Below are positions 1 to 12,282 of a stretch of 64,000 nucleotides of DNA, piece after piece. Numbering within the stretch: the stretch's first letter is position 1; every line of letters begins with the position of its first letter. Both the position numbers and the translations under genes were made by a program. The notes beneath the pieces were generated by a model that made no database searches, was not told the origin of the DNA, and was given only the letters and a program-made list of their open reading frames with translations. The stretch is from positions 91,946,001 through 92,010,000 of the forward strand of contig NC_135808.1 of the NCBI RefSeq assembly GCF_964213995.1, read 5' to 3'. The stretch is from Mustelus asterias (Eukaryota).

Positions 1-184
1 AGAGGGGGCGGGGGTGGGGGTGGGGTGATTGAATGCCAAACTTGCTGATGAAATTGAAATCAAGTCAATCTCATGCTAATCTGCCTCGTGCCCTTTCTGG
101 GCGAGATCCGATTAGCGCCAGCAGATGATTGCAAACCGTTTGGCGCCAGGCCCAAAACCTGTCTTTGGGCCCACACACAATTTT

Positions 185-661
185 TTATTTAGTTTATTTA
201 CTTATGAGTCACAAGTCCACTTTTGAATGGACTTACCTTGCATTAAGTTGATCTTTCTCTACACCCGAGCTATGACTGTAACACTACATTCTGCACTCTC
301 TCCTTTTCTTCTTTATGAACGGTATGTTTTGTCTGTATAGCGCACAGGAAACAATACTTTTCACTGTATGTTAATACATGGGACAATAATAAATCAAATC
401 AAATCAAAGCTTACATTAATACTGCAATGAAGTTACTGTGAAATTCCCCCAGTCACTACACTACGGTGCCTGTTCGGGTCAATGCACCTAACCAGCACGT
501 CTTTCAGACTGTGGGAGGAAACCGGAGCACCCGGAGGAAACCCGCGCAGAAACGGGGAGAATGTACAAACTCCACACAGACAGTGACCCAAGCTGGGAAT
601 CGAACCTAGGTCCCTGGTGCTGTGAGGCAGCAGTGCTAATCACTGTGCCACCGTGCCGCCC
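185..661 (-). mobile_element. tRNA-derived V-SINE (HE1-type head) with alternative 'type B' tail; tail split by an insertion at ~215-408
   Basis: Reverse complement reads ggcggcacggtggcacagtgattagcactgctgcctcacagc...ggttcgattccc (A/B boxes), then V-domain gtggagtttgtacattctccccg...ggtttcctcccacagtc. Tail resumes as gtcacaagt at ~207. Confidence 0.85.
215..408 (+). mobile_element. 5'-truncated LINE 3' end, Rex1/Babar-like, with (AATCA)n tail, inserted into the SINE tail
   Basis: cttttcactgtatgttaatacatgggacaataataaatcaaatcaaatcaaa; interrupts the gtcacaagt|gcttacattaa sequence that is contiguous in other type B copies (20546, 32715). Confidence 0.6.
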
Positions 662-733
662 CAATTTTCCTGGATTAGCAATGCAGCTGGAAAATTGTGG
701 CATTAAGGGCTGTACCCTGCCTAAATTGCCCAA

Positions 734-1201
734 GATGTGGAGATGCCGGCGTTGGACTGGGGTAAGCACAGTAATAAGTCTCACAACACCAGGTTAAAGT
801 CCAACGGAACTTGGCTATCAAATACTGATAGCCAAGTTCTGCACACATGAGGACGGCCTCAACCGGGATCTTGGGTTCATGTCACACTTTCTGTAACCCC
901 CCACGACTTGCCTGGGCTTGCAAAATCTCACTCACTGTCCTGTCTGGAGGCAATACACATCTCTTTAACCTGTGCTTAACGCTCTCTCCACTCACATTGT
1001 CTGTATCTTTAAGACGTGATTACCTGTAAAGGCTCGCATTTCAACCATTATTTTGTAAATTGAGTTTGTGTCTTTATATGCCCTGTTTGTGAACAGAACT
1101 CCCACTCACCTGACGAAGGTGCAGCGAACGCTCCAAAAGCTAGTGGCTTTTGCTACCAAATAAACCTGTTGGACTTTAACCTGGTGTTGTGAGACTTCTT
1201 A
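734..1201 (+). mobile_element. Penelope-like element (PLE family 1) 3' fragment with inverted terminal segment; 13-bp TSD
   Basis: TSD ctaaattgcccaa at 721-733 and 1202-1214. 734-805 is an inverted copy of the terminus. Encodes the GIY-YIG C-terminal remnant (THEDGLNRDLGFMSH). Confidence 0.85.
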
Positions 1202-1945
1202 CTAAATTGCCCAATGCATCCCATTGCAAATCAGCTGCAAAAAGCAGTAAGAAAGGCTTATTAATCTCCGATATGCAATTCAAATTAACAATGAAGGATG
1301 AAGGAAAGTTCCTATTAACACAAGGGATGGCTCTCAAACCTAGTACCCGCCCTTTTATTCTTGCCACTGTGCTACGTTTGTGCCCATACCCAGAGACCAA
1401 GCTTTGTGCCCTTTAACCCCCATGCCTGGTACCACTCCTTCATGCCACAACATAATCTGGCACAAACATACCTTTTCACTGGTTGCTGATGCCAAACATA
1501 CTGGCCCCAAACAATCCATCCAGCATGCCAAAAAGTAATATCAGTGAGATCGTCCCATGTTATATGGTAGGATCAGTTCATTCATGTGCAGGCTGAGCCT
1601 GGGTAGCTCCATCACCTTCAATGCTTTGTGGTGCCATGTTATTAAACACTCAATTTATGGGCTTGAAGAATGATCACTTTTGGTGAACTTGTGGCAGGCA
1701 CAGGCTTGAAATCCACTATTATTCACTGACTTTAGCTGATGGAGGAAGAAAATTAAAAGACAAAATAAAATTTGTGATATTTTTAAATCCCTTTTAACCT
1801 TTGAAAAGGCGGCAGAAGTTAGACAATGGAGAACAAAATTTTTTGCTAAATTATTGCAATTTCTTCAATGGTCACTTTTAAAATGTGCTACTTATTGAAA
1901 GTGATTGGGTAATTAACACGAGCTTACAAAATTCATTGCACAAAT

Positions 1946-2273
1946 ATAGAACATAGAACAGTACAGCACAGAACAGGCCCTTCGGCCCACGATGTTGTGC
2001 CGACCTTCATCTGAAACCAAGATCAAGCTATCCCACTCCCTACCATCCTGGTGTGCTCCATGTGCCTATCCAATAACCGCTTAAATGTTCCTAAAGTGTC
2101 TGACTCCACTATCACTGCAGGCAGTCCATTCCACACCCCAACCACTCTCTGCGTGAAGAACTTACCTCTGATATCCTTCCTATATCTCCCACCATGAACC
2201 CTATAGTTATGCCTCCTCGTAATAGCTCCATCCACCCGAGGAAATAGTCTTTGAACGTTCACTCGATCTATAT
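1946..2273 (-). mobile_element. CR1/HER1 LINE 3' fragment
   Basis: ORF 2023..2325 has the CR1 C-terminus (TRRHNYRV...FFTQRVVGVWNGLP...FKRLLD); tttctatgttctat-type tail. Confidence 0.9.
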
Positions 2274-2796
2274 TTCTAATTTGGCAAACTTTGACGCAAC
2301 ATTGGCACACCAGAGGGATTTGCATGCATTTAAGTTATTAAGTGGAAAATGTGATGCTATTTTGCTATCTTCATGCATGCATGTCAATAATAAAATTATA
2401 TGGAAAATATGGGTTCTGGTATGTGTTATAAAGTGGAAAGTTAAAATAGATTGGAGGCAGTGAGTGAAATTGTTAACATAGCTGAATCAACCTTTCCCAC
2501 TTTCAACAATGAAATCAAATGAAACAGCACAGTATCTGGTAAATATCTGGAAACCACACAAGCTGTCAACATTACAAATGCTAAAGCAGCTACAATATGA
2601 ATACATAAATCCTGAAATTACACTGTAGGAATCTAATGTACATGTAGTTAACACATTGTCTGAACGTCCTCTCTCCCTTATGTTAGCAGAGGCACTACCT
2701 TTTTATTTTAAATGACAACACCTCTGGTAAAATATCAGGGAGAGGAATTTCAATCAGTGATGTTAAGCATTCAAACACTTGTGTGCAAAAACGTAT

Positions 2797-2922
2797 GGTG
2801 AAATTTTCCCATCCCGCCAGCTACAGGAATCATAGTGGGTGGGACACGGACCATGCAAAGGTCTGTTGACCGCGGGCAGGATTTTCCGGACTTGGGGCGA
2901 GCGTGGTCGGAAAATCCCACCC
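2797..2922. mobile_element. Short MITE with imperfect TIRs (PIF/Harbinger-like)
   Basis: ggtgaaattttcc...ggaaaatcccaccc termini; homologous to 27345-27468. Confidence 0.5.
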
Positions 2923-3021
2923 ATAATATCAGGGCAATAAATTTCAGTATGAAAGAGCTAAAACTGTGTAGATGCAGTCTCCTCAAAGAAACAGTTGCTA
3001 AATGCATTACTTAGTGTATAA

Positions 3022-3210
3022 TAATTTGTCAATTTATGTAATGCTTTTCTTGCAGTAAAATGTCCCAAGACGTTTCACAGGAGTGTTACCAAACAAAATT
3101 TGACACAGAGTTACACAAAAGGACATTACGGCAATTCACCAAGAAATGGGATTTAAGGTGCATCTTAAATCAGAGATAGAGGAGAGGTTTAAGGAGGGAA
3201 TTGCTGAGTT
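3022..3210 (-). mobile_element. Old L2-like LINE 3' end
   Basis: gtaaaatgtcccaagacgtttcacagg...ggagggaattgctgag pattern, shared with 15158 and 45355. Confidence 0.5.
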
Positions 3211-3222
3211 TAACTCTTGCCC

Positions 3223-3387
3223 AGCAAGAAGTCTCACAACACCAGGTTAAAGTCCAACAGGTTTGTTCGGTAGCACGAGTTTTCGAAGTGCTACTCGTGC
3301 TACCAAATAAACCTGTTGGACTTTAACCTGGTGTTGCGAGACTTCTTACTGTGCCTACCCCAGTCCAACATCGGCATCTCCACATCA
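3223..3387 (+). mobile_element. Short fold-back PLE family 1 terminus
   Basis: Inverted arms ~3222-3280 / 3293-3351; TSD taactcttg(c/t)cc at 3211-3222 and 3388-3399. Confidence 0.8.
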
Positions 3388-4855
3388 TAACTCTTGTCCT
3401 ATACTGTGGTGGAGCAATACCAATGTCTTTGTATTGGAGAGTAAGTGCTTGCTCTTGATCACCATCTGGTGAATCCTGCTGTTTTGATGTTGGGTGAGAA
3501 CAGGACCAGGAATGGCTGTGCTTTTTTCCACGGTCAAACACCCTTCCAAGAGAGAAAAATAATCAACAATTGTGAACTTAATAAGCAGATGGACAATGTA
3601 CTGGAGAGCTGCCAGCAGCTGCACAGCTATACCCTAGCTCTTTCAGAATAGGAGAGGAAACAACGAGGTGAGAAAAACAATAAGGAGACAGGCAAAGCAC
3701 TTGGCCAAACAGACGGTGCAATCTGCAATGTACCGTTTCCAACTTTTCCTTTATGTGGAATTATTGAAACAAGTGCAAAATATACTGGCAAATTACTTAA
3801 GTACTCATAATGATTCAACTGGTGTGGACTGATATATAATGAATTAAATATTACAAGCATTCAAGTGCTGTTTACTAGAGAGACTTGAGAGTGCACACCA
3901 GTCTGTTGAGTTAAAGAACAATCAAGTTGGTTTACAGTGTTGATTTATAGTGGGGCACCTACCTTTCCATGTAACTCTTCACATACCTGCATAGTCAATA
4001 TGGAATTTGTACCATAGCACACGTGATATCTATTCACAGAAACAGTAATGTGAATGACTAATGGAACACTAGTATTCCACCATTACAGCATCAACAGGAG
4101 CTGATCTCTCTTCCCAGTCTTCATTTATTTTCTGGCTGGCTTTCCTGATTAAAAATATTTAATCTTACTTTTATATTATCTTAAGCTCTACTTCATGTTT
4201 TGATAAAAAGTGAACTTTGAATCCTGGCAATGTGAAATAAAAAATATTTGGCACATTGGCCAGCACCTGACAGACAAGGCAGGCCAAGTCATGGGTGGGA
4301 ATTTTCATTGGAACTGGCATGATTAGGAGGAAAGCCCTTTTATGATGTTTATCAAAATAAAAAGTGAGAGCCACGCTGGAACTCCCGAGTATGGATGTCG
4401 ATGTTAACTGCTTGTATAACTAGGTAGTGACAATGCTTAGCAGCCTACAAATAGACAAGTGCAGAAAGAGGTGTAAAGCCATCTCATGCAAAGCATATGA
4501 AAATGTATTAGACACAAGTTGAGAAGTAAAAAACAGGAGCAGTAAAAGGCTATAGGTGAATTCTGCAAGAAAATGGGACAAGAAGCTATGCTCTCAAACT
4601 GTTGGGGTCAGTTATCAGATCAGAAGGCAGACAATGGTAATGGGATACTGCTCTAAGTCACCATTTAATTTAGTTGAGGCCCTATTTAAAAACAAATGGA
4701 ATAATCAGATAGAGGGGGTATTGAAATGCTGAGCAAGATTCAGGAGAACTTTCTTTTCCAGAGTGTGGTCAGAAGGTGGGACCCATTATCACAAGGAATG
4801 GCTGAGGCATATACCAAAGGGTAAACTAGAAAAAAAGAGAGAGAAGGAATAGAAG

Positions 4856-5846
4856 AGTAGAAACTAGAAGCAGGAGTAGGCCATTCAGCTGATCTCAAAT
4901 ACAATATCCTGATTCCACCCCCCGCCCCCCAATATCCCTTGATCCCTCTAGCCCCAAGAACTATATCTAATTTCTTCTTGAACTCTCACAATGTTTTGGC
5001 CTCAACTACTTTCTGTGGTAGTGCATTCCATACATTCACCACCCTCTGGGTGAAGAAATTTTCCCTCACCCCAGTCCTAAAAGATTTACCCCTTATCGTC
5101 AATCTATGACCCCTAGTTCTGGACTATCCCCATCATCAGGAACATTCTTTCTAAATCTACCCTGTCTCACCCTGTTAGAATTTTATAAGTTTCTATGACA
5201 TCCCATCTCACTCTTCGAAACTCCAATTAATATAATCCTAACCGACTTGTTTCTCCTCATACAACCTTCATTGTACTCCCTCTATAGCAAGGACATCCTT
5301 CTTCAGAAAAGGACACCAAAACTGCGCACAATACTTCAGGTGTGGCCTTACCAATGCCCTATACAATTGCAGTAAAACATCCCTATCTCTGTACTCAAAA
5401 CTCTCGTCATGAAGGCCAACATACCATTTGCCTTCTTTACTGCCCGCTGTACCTGCGCATTTACTTTCAGTGACTGAAGCACGAGGACTCTAGGGTCTCG
5501 CTGAGTATCAATCTCTCTCAATTTACACACATTCAAATAATAATCTGCCTTCTTATAATTGCTACTGAAGTGGACAACCTCACATTTATCCACATTATAC
5601 TGCATCTGCCATGCATATGCCCACACACTCAGCCTGTCCAAATCACGCTGAAGCATCTTTGCAACCTCCTCACAGTTCATCCTCCCACTCAACTTTGTAT
5701 CATCTGCAAATCTGGAGATAATACATTTAGTTCCCTCTTCCAAATCATTAATACATAATGTAAACAGTTGGGGTCCCAGCACAGATCCCTGCGGTACACC
5801 ACTAGTCACTGCCTCCCAATCAGAAAAAGACCCATTTATGTCAACT
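4856..5846 (-). mobile_element. CR1 LINE 3' part (RT C-terminus), degraded
   Basis: ORF 5348..5809 has [13 protein letters not shown]...FADDTKL...WQMQYNVDKC. Confidence 0.92.
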
Positions 5847-6979
5847 GACGCCCACCATCAGCTGCTGTGTTCAGAGGTCCCGGCACCATATTTAAATTCC
5901 AGTCCAGCACGCACCTATCACTCTCTCCAGCTGTCTTCACAGACCTTGCAGGATGTCAGCAACCCAGAGGGGAAAGACTAGCAACCTCAAGAAGAAGTCT
6001 GTTCCTCGATTCAACCACCTATCCCCGAACCCATCACCTGCAAGATTCCCATGCCCTATTTGGACTTCTACCCACAGCCTCTAGAGTCTTCATCCATCCC
6101 CTTCCAATAAACAAAATGGTATCCCTTTGATCCCATTAATTGTGAGCTTATCATGCAGTCTCATCAGGGTCCAGCTTCCCTCCCCTCGGTCTTCCCTCTG
6201 CCTTCATCATGTTCACCATCATCACCCACCTTCTTGCCCCTGTGCCTGACATCATGAGTCCTCGCTCCTCCCACCCTCACCTTGCATAGCCCTCCTTTCA
6301 CATTGCCCCCCCCCCCCCCCACTCCCCCCCCCCACCCCTTCATCAGGAACCTCTCCCCACCCCTGCCCAAATCACGTCTCTCCCAGCCACAACTCACCTC
6401 GCACTCAACCCTCAATCAAACTTTGGACCTTTGCTGTGGTGGTTGCATGAGACCCACAGCATAGACAGACCTTGATATGTGGAACCCGGGGGAAGGAGAC
6501 CCCTGTGCTCCCCAACTCCAAGTACAGTACTGATCTGACTTGGTGACACAGGAGAGTACATGGGTCCAGCAATAAAGTGCTGTCCATGAAGATCAACTGG
6601 GCACAGAGATGGAGGGCAGGAACCGGTCTGTCCCAGCAGAGTGGTGAACAATACATCAGGAGCAGTGCAGCACTATGGCAGGTAGGGTTTGTTGCACTCA
6701 CCTCGAAGGCTGTTGCGAACTAAGGACTACTTTGTGCAATTTCACGTCAGTATGATGCAAGATTGGAAGGCCTGATGGGAATTTGAATATAAATTGTGTT
6801 CACAGCACCAGTCAGCAAGAAGACTGACCTGTCATTAACCCGCCATTGGGAGAATTGCAACCTGTTTTAATGCAGGCGGGTTTCCGACTTTGATTCTCTG
6901 TTCCTGCCCGGCACCAAACCATCCGTGGGCGGAATGGGGGAAGTCTGCTGTTGACTCCAAGTTCCAGTTATTTGTAAAT

Positions 6980-7325
6980 TCATTCAGGGGATGTGGGCAT
7001 CAGTGGCAAGATCAGCATCTATTGCCCAGTCTTCATTGTGGTGGTGGTGAGCTGCCTTTTTGAACTGCTACTGCCTGCGTGGTGCAAGTACTCCCACAGT
7101 GCTGTCAGGGAGGGAGTTCCAGGATTCTCGCGCAGCGATGATGATGAAACATTGACATTTTCCTCTGTTGGGACAGTTTGTGACTTGGAAATTGCAGGTA
7201 ATGGTGTTCCCATGCACCTGCTGCCCTTGTCCTTCCAGGTGGTGGAGGTCAAGGGTTAGGGAGGGGGCCATCAAAGACGACTTGGCAAGTTGCTGCCACA
7301 CATCCTGTAAATGGTAGACACTGCT
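6980..7325 (-). mobile_element. 3' end of a second LINE family ('LINE-D', clade unassigned) whose tail matches SINE family C
   Basis: Minus strand encodes WNSLPDSTVGV...QFKKAAHHHH and ends gggcaatagatgctg...gatgcccacatcccctgaatgaa, like the SINE C tail. Confidence 0.65.
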
Positions 7326-8256
7326 GCCAAAAAATGATCCACAAAGTAGATGAATTGCTGTGAGAGGGATGGCAGACCAATTTTGGATGACTTCTAAAGT
7401 TTTGAACCTCTGGCTGGACCACCCTGCCTGCTCCCCCTCCAAAACAAAAGAGAGGCAAAATGTTGCTCTGAAATCCTGTTGCCCCATGATGGAGAGTATC
7501 CCAATAGTGTTGTTAGTGGCTCAAGGGCTCAGCCCTAATATTTAATGTTCCAACCCCTGGGATTAAAGACTGACTACAAGGGCAAAGTCATTCAAGGTGG
7601 CTGCCTCACTTCCAGCAGAGGAATAATAGTTAAATTGTTTTAGTGTGGCATTGATAAAATAAATATTAATATCGCAGTGACAAGGCCAATCAAACATTGG
7701 GATAGCTGAAGAATGGTATACAGCGGGGAAAGGGTCTGATAGAATAAACAAGGTGAAATTGGACTGGTTGTTATGATGATGGCAAGGGGTGCACCCCAGC
7801 ACCGGTGGGTCGTGGGACTGGGCCATATATTGTCAACAGAAGGCAGTTAAGTGAGTGTTGCCCAGGCTACAATCTCTACTAATAACAGCTGCTGTCCCCC
7901 AAGATCTTCTTGCCAGAGGGTCAGCAGCTCAATAGCCTCAACAGTGCCATTGCTAATGTTACATCTGCACAATGAGTGTCACCAATGCCCAGTGCCAGGT
8001 AAGTGAGGTTTGGTGCCACTGGTCAGTCAGACAGACCTAGCATTGGGGGATGGGGGGAGGGGCGGGGGGGGGGGGGTGGTTGACATGGTACTGGGAAGAC
8101 AACCGACATGTCATTTGCTGCCATCCCCCGCCACCTTACCAGCATCCCTGATCTCGAGACCAACTTCAAAGAATGGTAAAGTCCCGTCCTTGGTTTTTAT
8201 CGTCAGTTTGGAAAGCTTTTCTTTTCCAATTTACACTGTTGTTTTGAAATGTCTGA

Positions 8257-8392
8257 GGCTGGGGTTCTCTGACCTCGCTCGTGGTGGGGATTCTCCGGTC
8301 CCGCTGCTGTGAATGAAAATTCGGCTGAGCGCCAAATTCTCCGATCTCACTGTCGGCAGTGGCAGGACGTACAACATCAGAGAATTCCAGCC
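8257..8392. mobile_element. PIF/Harbinger-like MITE
   Basis: TIR ggctggggttctct...agagaattccagcc; 3-bp TGA on both flanks; homologous to 34826 and 61280. Confidence 0.6.
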
Positions 8393-9243
8393 TGAATCAC
8401 TCCATATTGGAAGAAGGAAACAAGAATTGGCCCGGTTACTGTGATTCTGCCATTTCACTGTGAGAAAACTAGAGTTTATTGGCATGCAATCTGAGGAATA
8501 TTGAGCTTATTTGAACTTCTAACCACAGTGAACAGTTTTCCTAAATCAGTTTTGACAGTAATTTTTTTTAAAAATCACTTCAAAGGTGTTGTCAAAATAA
8601 ACTCAACTTTTAATTTTCCTGATAACTTAATTCCCTGATCAGTTTGGACCCTCACCTCAAATTTTGTAAGACAAACATGATCCTATTGATGATTTGATGA
8701 CCAGAGCAGTACACGGTATCTGATCTCGCCTCTAGTTATTTAGCCTGGCAAAACCCTAAGAGTTTCAAAGTCCTTGTGAAAGAGACTCAGTTCCCAAACA
8801 GAATGTTTATATCTGTCTGTGGAGTAGCTTGGACTTGGATTGCGTCCAGGATGGAGGACACATACATAGCAACTGTCTGTAGGCCTGATACAAACACAAA
8901 AGGCTACCCATGTGAACCGGTTCACTGTGTGGTTGCACTCTTTGTTTTTTCTAGGCCTGACACATCTTCCTCCAGGATCTTCACAGAGAAGTCAGTCAAG
9001 TTTCGGCATTAGCTATTCAGCTGCTTAAGCTCTGGAATCACGATTCCCATTTTAGCCTTTCAGGAAGGTCCAGGGGATGTGAACAAGGGATTTATCTTTG
9101 GGGGAACTAATCAGACCCTAACACAGTAAAGAAAATTGCCCTAAAATCAGCGCTGATGCTAACTATCTCTTCAGTGACCTCAAATAAAAGAATATTTTCC
9201 CAGGTGTGTTGGTTTAGATTTTATCCCTTCAGTGAGCCCTTCG

Positions 9244-9556
9244 GGGCGTCACAGTGGCATGCCTCACAGCACCAGGGACCCGGGTTTGATTCCGGCCTCG
9301 GGTCACTGTCTATGTGGAGTTTGCATGTTTTCCCCATGTCTGTGTGGGTTTCCTCCAGGTGCTCCGGTTTCCTCCCACACTCCAAAGATGTGCAGGTTAG
9401 GTTGATTGGCCATGATAAATTGCCCCTTAGTGTCAGGGGGATTAGGAGGGTAAATATGTGGGGTTAAGGGGATAGGGTCTGGGTGGGATTGTTGTCGGTG
9501 CAGGCTTGATGGGCCAAATGGCCTCCTTCTGCACTGTAGATTCGATGGTTCTATGA
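9244..9556 (+). mobile_element. HE1-type V-SINE with CR1/HER1-derived tail
   Basis: tRNA-like head, V-domain, tail gatgggccaaatggcctccttctgcactgtagattcgatggttctatga. Confidence 0.88.
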
Positions 9557-10519
9557 TGATGTTGACAACCGAAGTCAAAATGTATCAGCCACATGGTAAT
9601 CAATGTCTTACATCTGGATTTTCAAGCTAATTTTTTGAATAAATAGAATCTTTATGAAGTAATTGTCCCTGACTGTCAGCTTTCCGAGCTATACTCGCAA
9701 GTGTCAGTAAAAGGAACTTAGGGACAATCACGTCCTTCTCCTGTAAATGAAAACAAATCTATTTAGTGGAATATATTGGAGGAGCCTAGGCTAATTCACC
9801 CATCACACGTCTGTACTTGACTCACCAAAATCACGGTGCTGTTTTTTTTTAAACATGCCAGCACAAACCCTGGCTCAATGACATCTCAGAGTGAGCCAAG
9901 GGCATAAAAAAGCTTCCATGCCTGCTAATGGCTGACATGTAATTCCATTTGTTTGCGCTATACTTATGATGATGAATTTCCACTTGTTTATGAAGCTGTT
10001 GCTGGGTGAAACACTTGTCAAACTGAACACTCTTCTTCACACCCCCTGCTCTGCCAAATGTGAATCATCAGCAGTGGAACATTAAATTATTTGTAAGTGC
10101 TTTATATTTTTGCTTTTAATATATGGTCCTCTTCTGTTAAAATGAAAGACTAAGAGAGCGCCTTCTTCAGAGAAAAGCTAAGAGCTGCTAAAGTCATTCA
10201 TTTTTTTTTGACTTTCTAAACTATATTCATGATTTGTAGCTGTGAATGATGCCTTGTTGGTCCATGTGTTGAATATAAATGTTGATTTAAAGCAGCATCC
10301 AAGCAGGTTTCGGCTATTAAAATGGTTGCTTTTTATTATTGGCTACATTTCCACCATCATCCCCATTAAATGGCAGGGCAGATCCACCATTTGTGGCACA
10401 GTATATACAGAATGGAATGGCCCTGGGAGCCTTCAACATTGACTCTAGACCCTTTAAAGTTTCATAGCTTCAAGTCAAACATGGCTAAGAAAATGTCCTA
10501 CTAATTATCATGATTCCTC

Positions 10520-11340
10520 TCAGCCAGATGACTCAGTAATCCTCCATGTTGAGTACTACTTTGAAGAAACATTGAGAGCAACAAAGGTGCCGAATGCACT
10601 CTTGGTGAGGGGAAGTGGGGGGGCGATCTTCACTGTCCAACCCAAGAATGAATTGGCACTATCACTAGCGAAGCTGGCCAAATCATGACCATCATAGCTT
10701 CTAGATTTGGCCTGTGGCAGATGATAAGGGAACCAACAACAGGGAAAAACCAACTTGATCTTATCTTCACCAATCTACCTATTTTATGGAGGCATCTGTC
10801 CATGATTGTATTGGTAGACGCGACCTATGCATAGTCCTTGTGGAGACAAAGGTTTTGCTTCACAATGAGGAGACTCTTCATTGTGTTCTCCATCTCCCTG
10901 CTAGATAGTATTTCAGAATTCAGAACAGATTTAGAAACTCAATTTGGGGCATCCATGGGGCAGCAGCAGAATTGTATTCAACCACAAACTGGAACGTCAT
11001 TGTCCAGTGTGTCACTCAGCCTTTCGTTACCATGTCAGGGGATGAAATCTAGGTCCTTACGACGTGTGGAAGGGCATGCCAGGAGCAGCATCAGGCACAC
11101 CTAAAAATGAGGAACCAAACTGATGAAGCTACAATGCAGGATTACATATGAATTGAACAATGGAAACAGTACACAGAGCTAAGTAATCCCACAGTCAACA
11201 GTTTAGCTCTGTAGTCCTGCAAATTCCAGTCATGATGGACAATTAATTCTATGAACATTACCAGTCTGCATACAGCAAGACTTGGACAATATTCAGGCAA
11301 GGATGCAACTTCAGAGACTTTATTCGTGAACAACAAAGGA
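10520..11340 (+). mobile_element. Degraded LINE ORF2 APE-endonuclease region (probably LINE-D)
   Basis: 10719-10825 reads QMIREPTTGKNQLDLIFTNLP...VHDCIGRRD, matching the APE motifs PTR..LDL and SDH. Confidence 0.6.
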
Positions 11341-11392
11341 TTTAGTTACAAGAATCTACAAGAGTAGCAACATGTCTGCAGCTAGTTCTGGA

Positions 11393-11667
11393 CTGGGGTA
11401 GGCACAGTAAGAAGTCTCACAACACCAGATTAAAGTCCAACAGGTTTATTTGGTAGCACAAGCTTTGGGAGCACTGCCCCTTCATCAGGTGAATGGATCT
11501 CCCAGAAGATCGCGCATATTGACAAAATACCAGCTCAAAGTGGAGAGGATCTCCAAGAAGATCGCGCATATCGACCTCCACTCACCTGATGAAGGGGCAG
11601 CGCTCCGAAAACTCGTGCTACCAAATAAACCTATTGGACTTTAACCTGGTGTTGTGAGACTTCTTAC
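11393..11667 (+). mobile_element. Fold-back PLE family 1 insertion
   Basis: Inverted termini ~11400-11495 / 11580-11667; TSD agttctgga at 11384-11392 and 11668-11676; spacer carries a duplicated ggatctcc.agaagatcgcgcatat.gac. Confidence 0.8.
11583..11617 (+). ncRNA. Minimal hammerhead ribozyme motif in PLE terminal repeat
   Basis: cac-CTGATGA-a-ggggc.agc.gctcc-GAAA-ac-TC-gtg. Confidence 0.5.
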
Positions 11668-11924
11668 AGTTCTGGAATGCTTCTGCCTAAGAGAACTCTT
11701 CCTCCTGGAGTGATTCCCCATGAGTCCTGGTTGATCACCCAGGCTGTGTTGCTCTTCAAAGGACACTCACCACACTTAGGCAGAGAAGTGGCATCCTGAC
11801 CTGGAAATATATTGCTATTTCTTCATCCTGGGTCAAAATCCTGGATCCCAACACTGTTATCCTTTGGAGTTTTGATCTCGTAGGTAACATCAAAGGGGTC
11901 CTTAACTCTATGTCAAAATGACAT

Positions 11925-12282
11925 AGGTTTTCCAACTGTGATCAAACATGTTCCTGAAGGTTTCATCCCATGATTTGCCGCATGCTTCAGCCATTCATCA
12001 GCCAACATGTCCATTCTTGTGACGCACTGTCTGCTTCTGCAAATTAGAATGCAAAATACACTCGTTATTCAATTGCATGATGGCTGACTGGCAGTTAAAT
12101 AGCCTTTTGTTCCTGTTGTCAATATTTTTATATCTTATACAGATAAATATTCAAAGAAGATGACAACAAAACAATTGTTTTTAATGTCCTGATGATTTTT
12201 CTCCAGGGCTGCACATAGCAGTGTCATGAGATTGGTCTTCAATTTCTGGAGACTACAACCAATCCTGGGGGTTGGCAACCCT
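11925..12282. mobile_element. Old non-autonomous DNA transposon (TIR approximately AGGGTTGCCAAC)
   Basis: aggttttccaac...ctggagact...aatcctgggggttggcaaccct; second copy at 49291-49631. Confidence 0.5.

Noticed and set aside
3986-4030. HIDYAG peptide (Gypsy integrase-like) or a 43-nt minus-strand exon
   Set aside because: Similarity does not extend on either side, and the length is not frame-preserving.
9244-9305. tRNA-like A/B boxes here and at other SINE heads as tRNA genes
   Set aside because: They run directly into SINE bodies, with no full cloverleaf.
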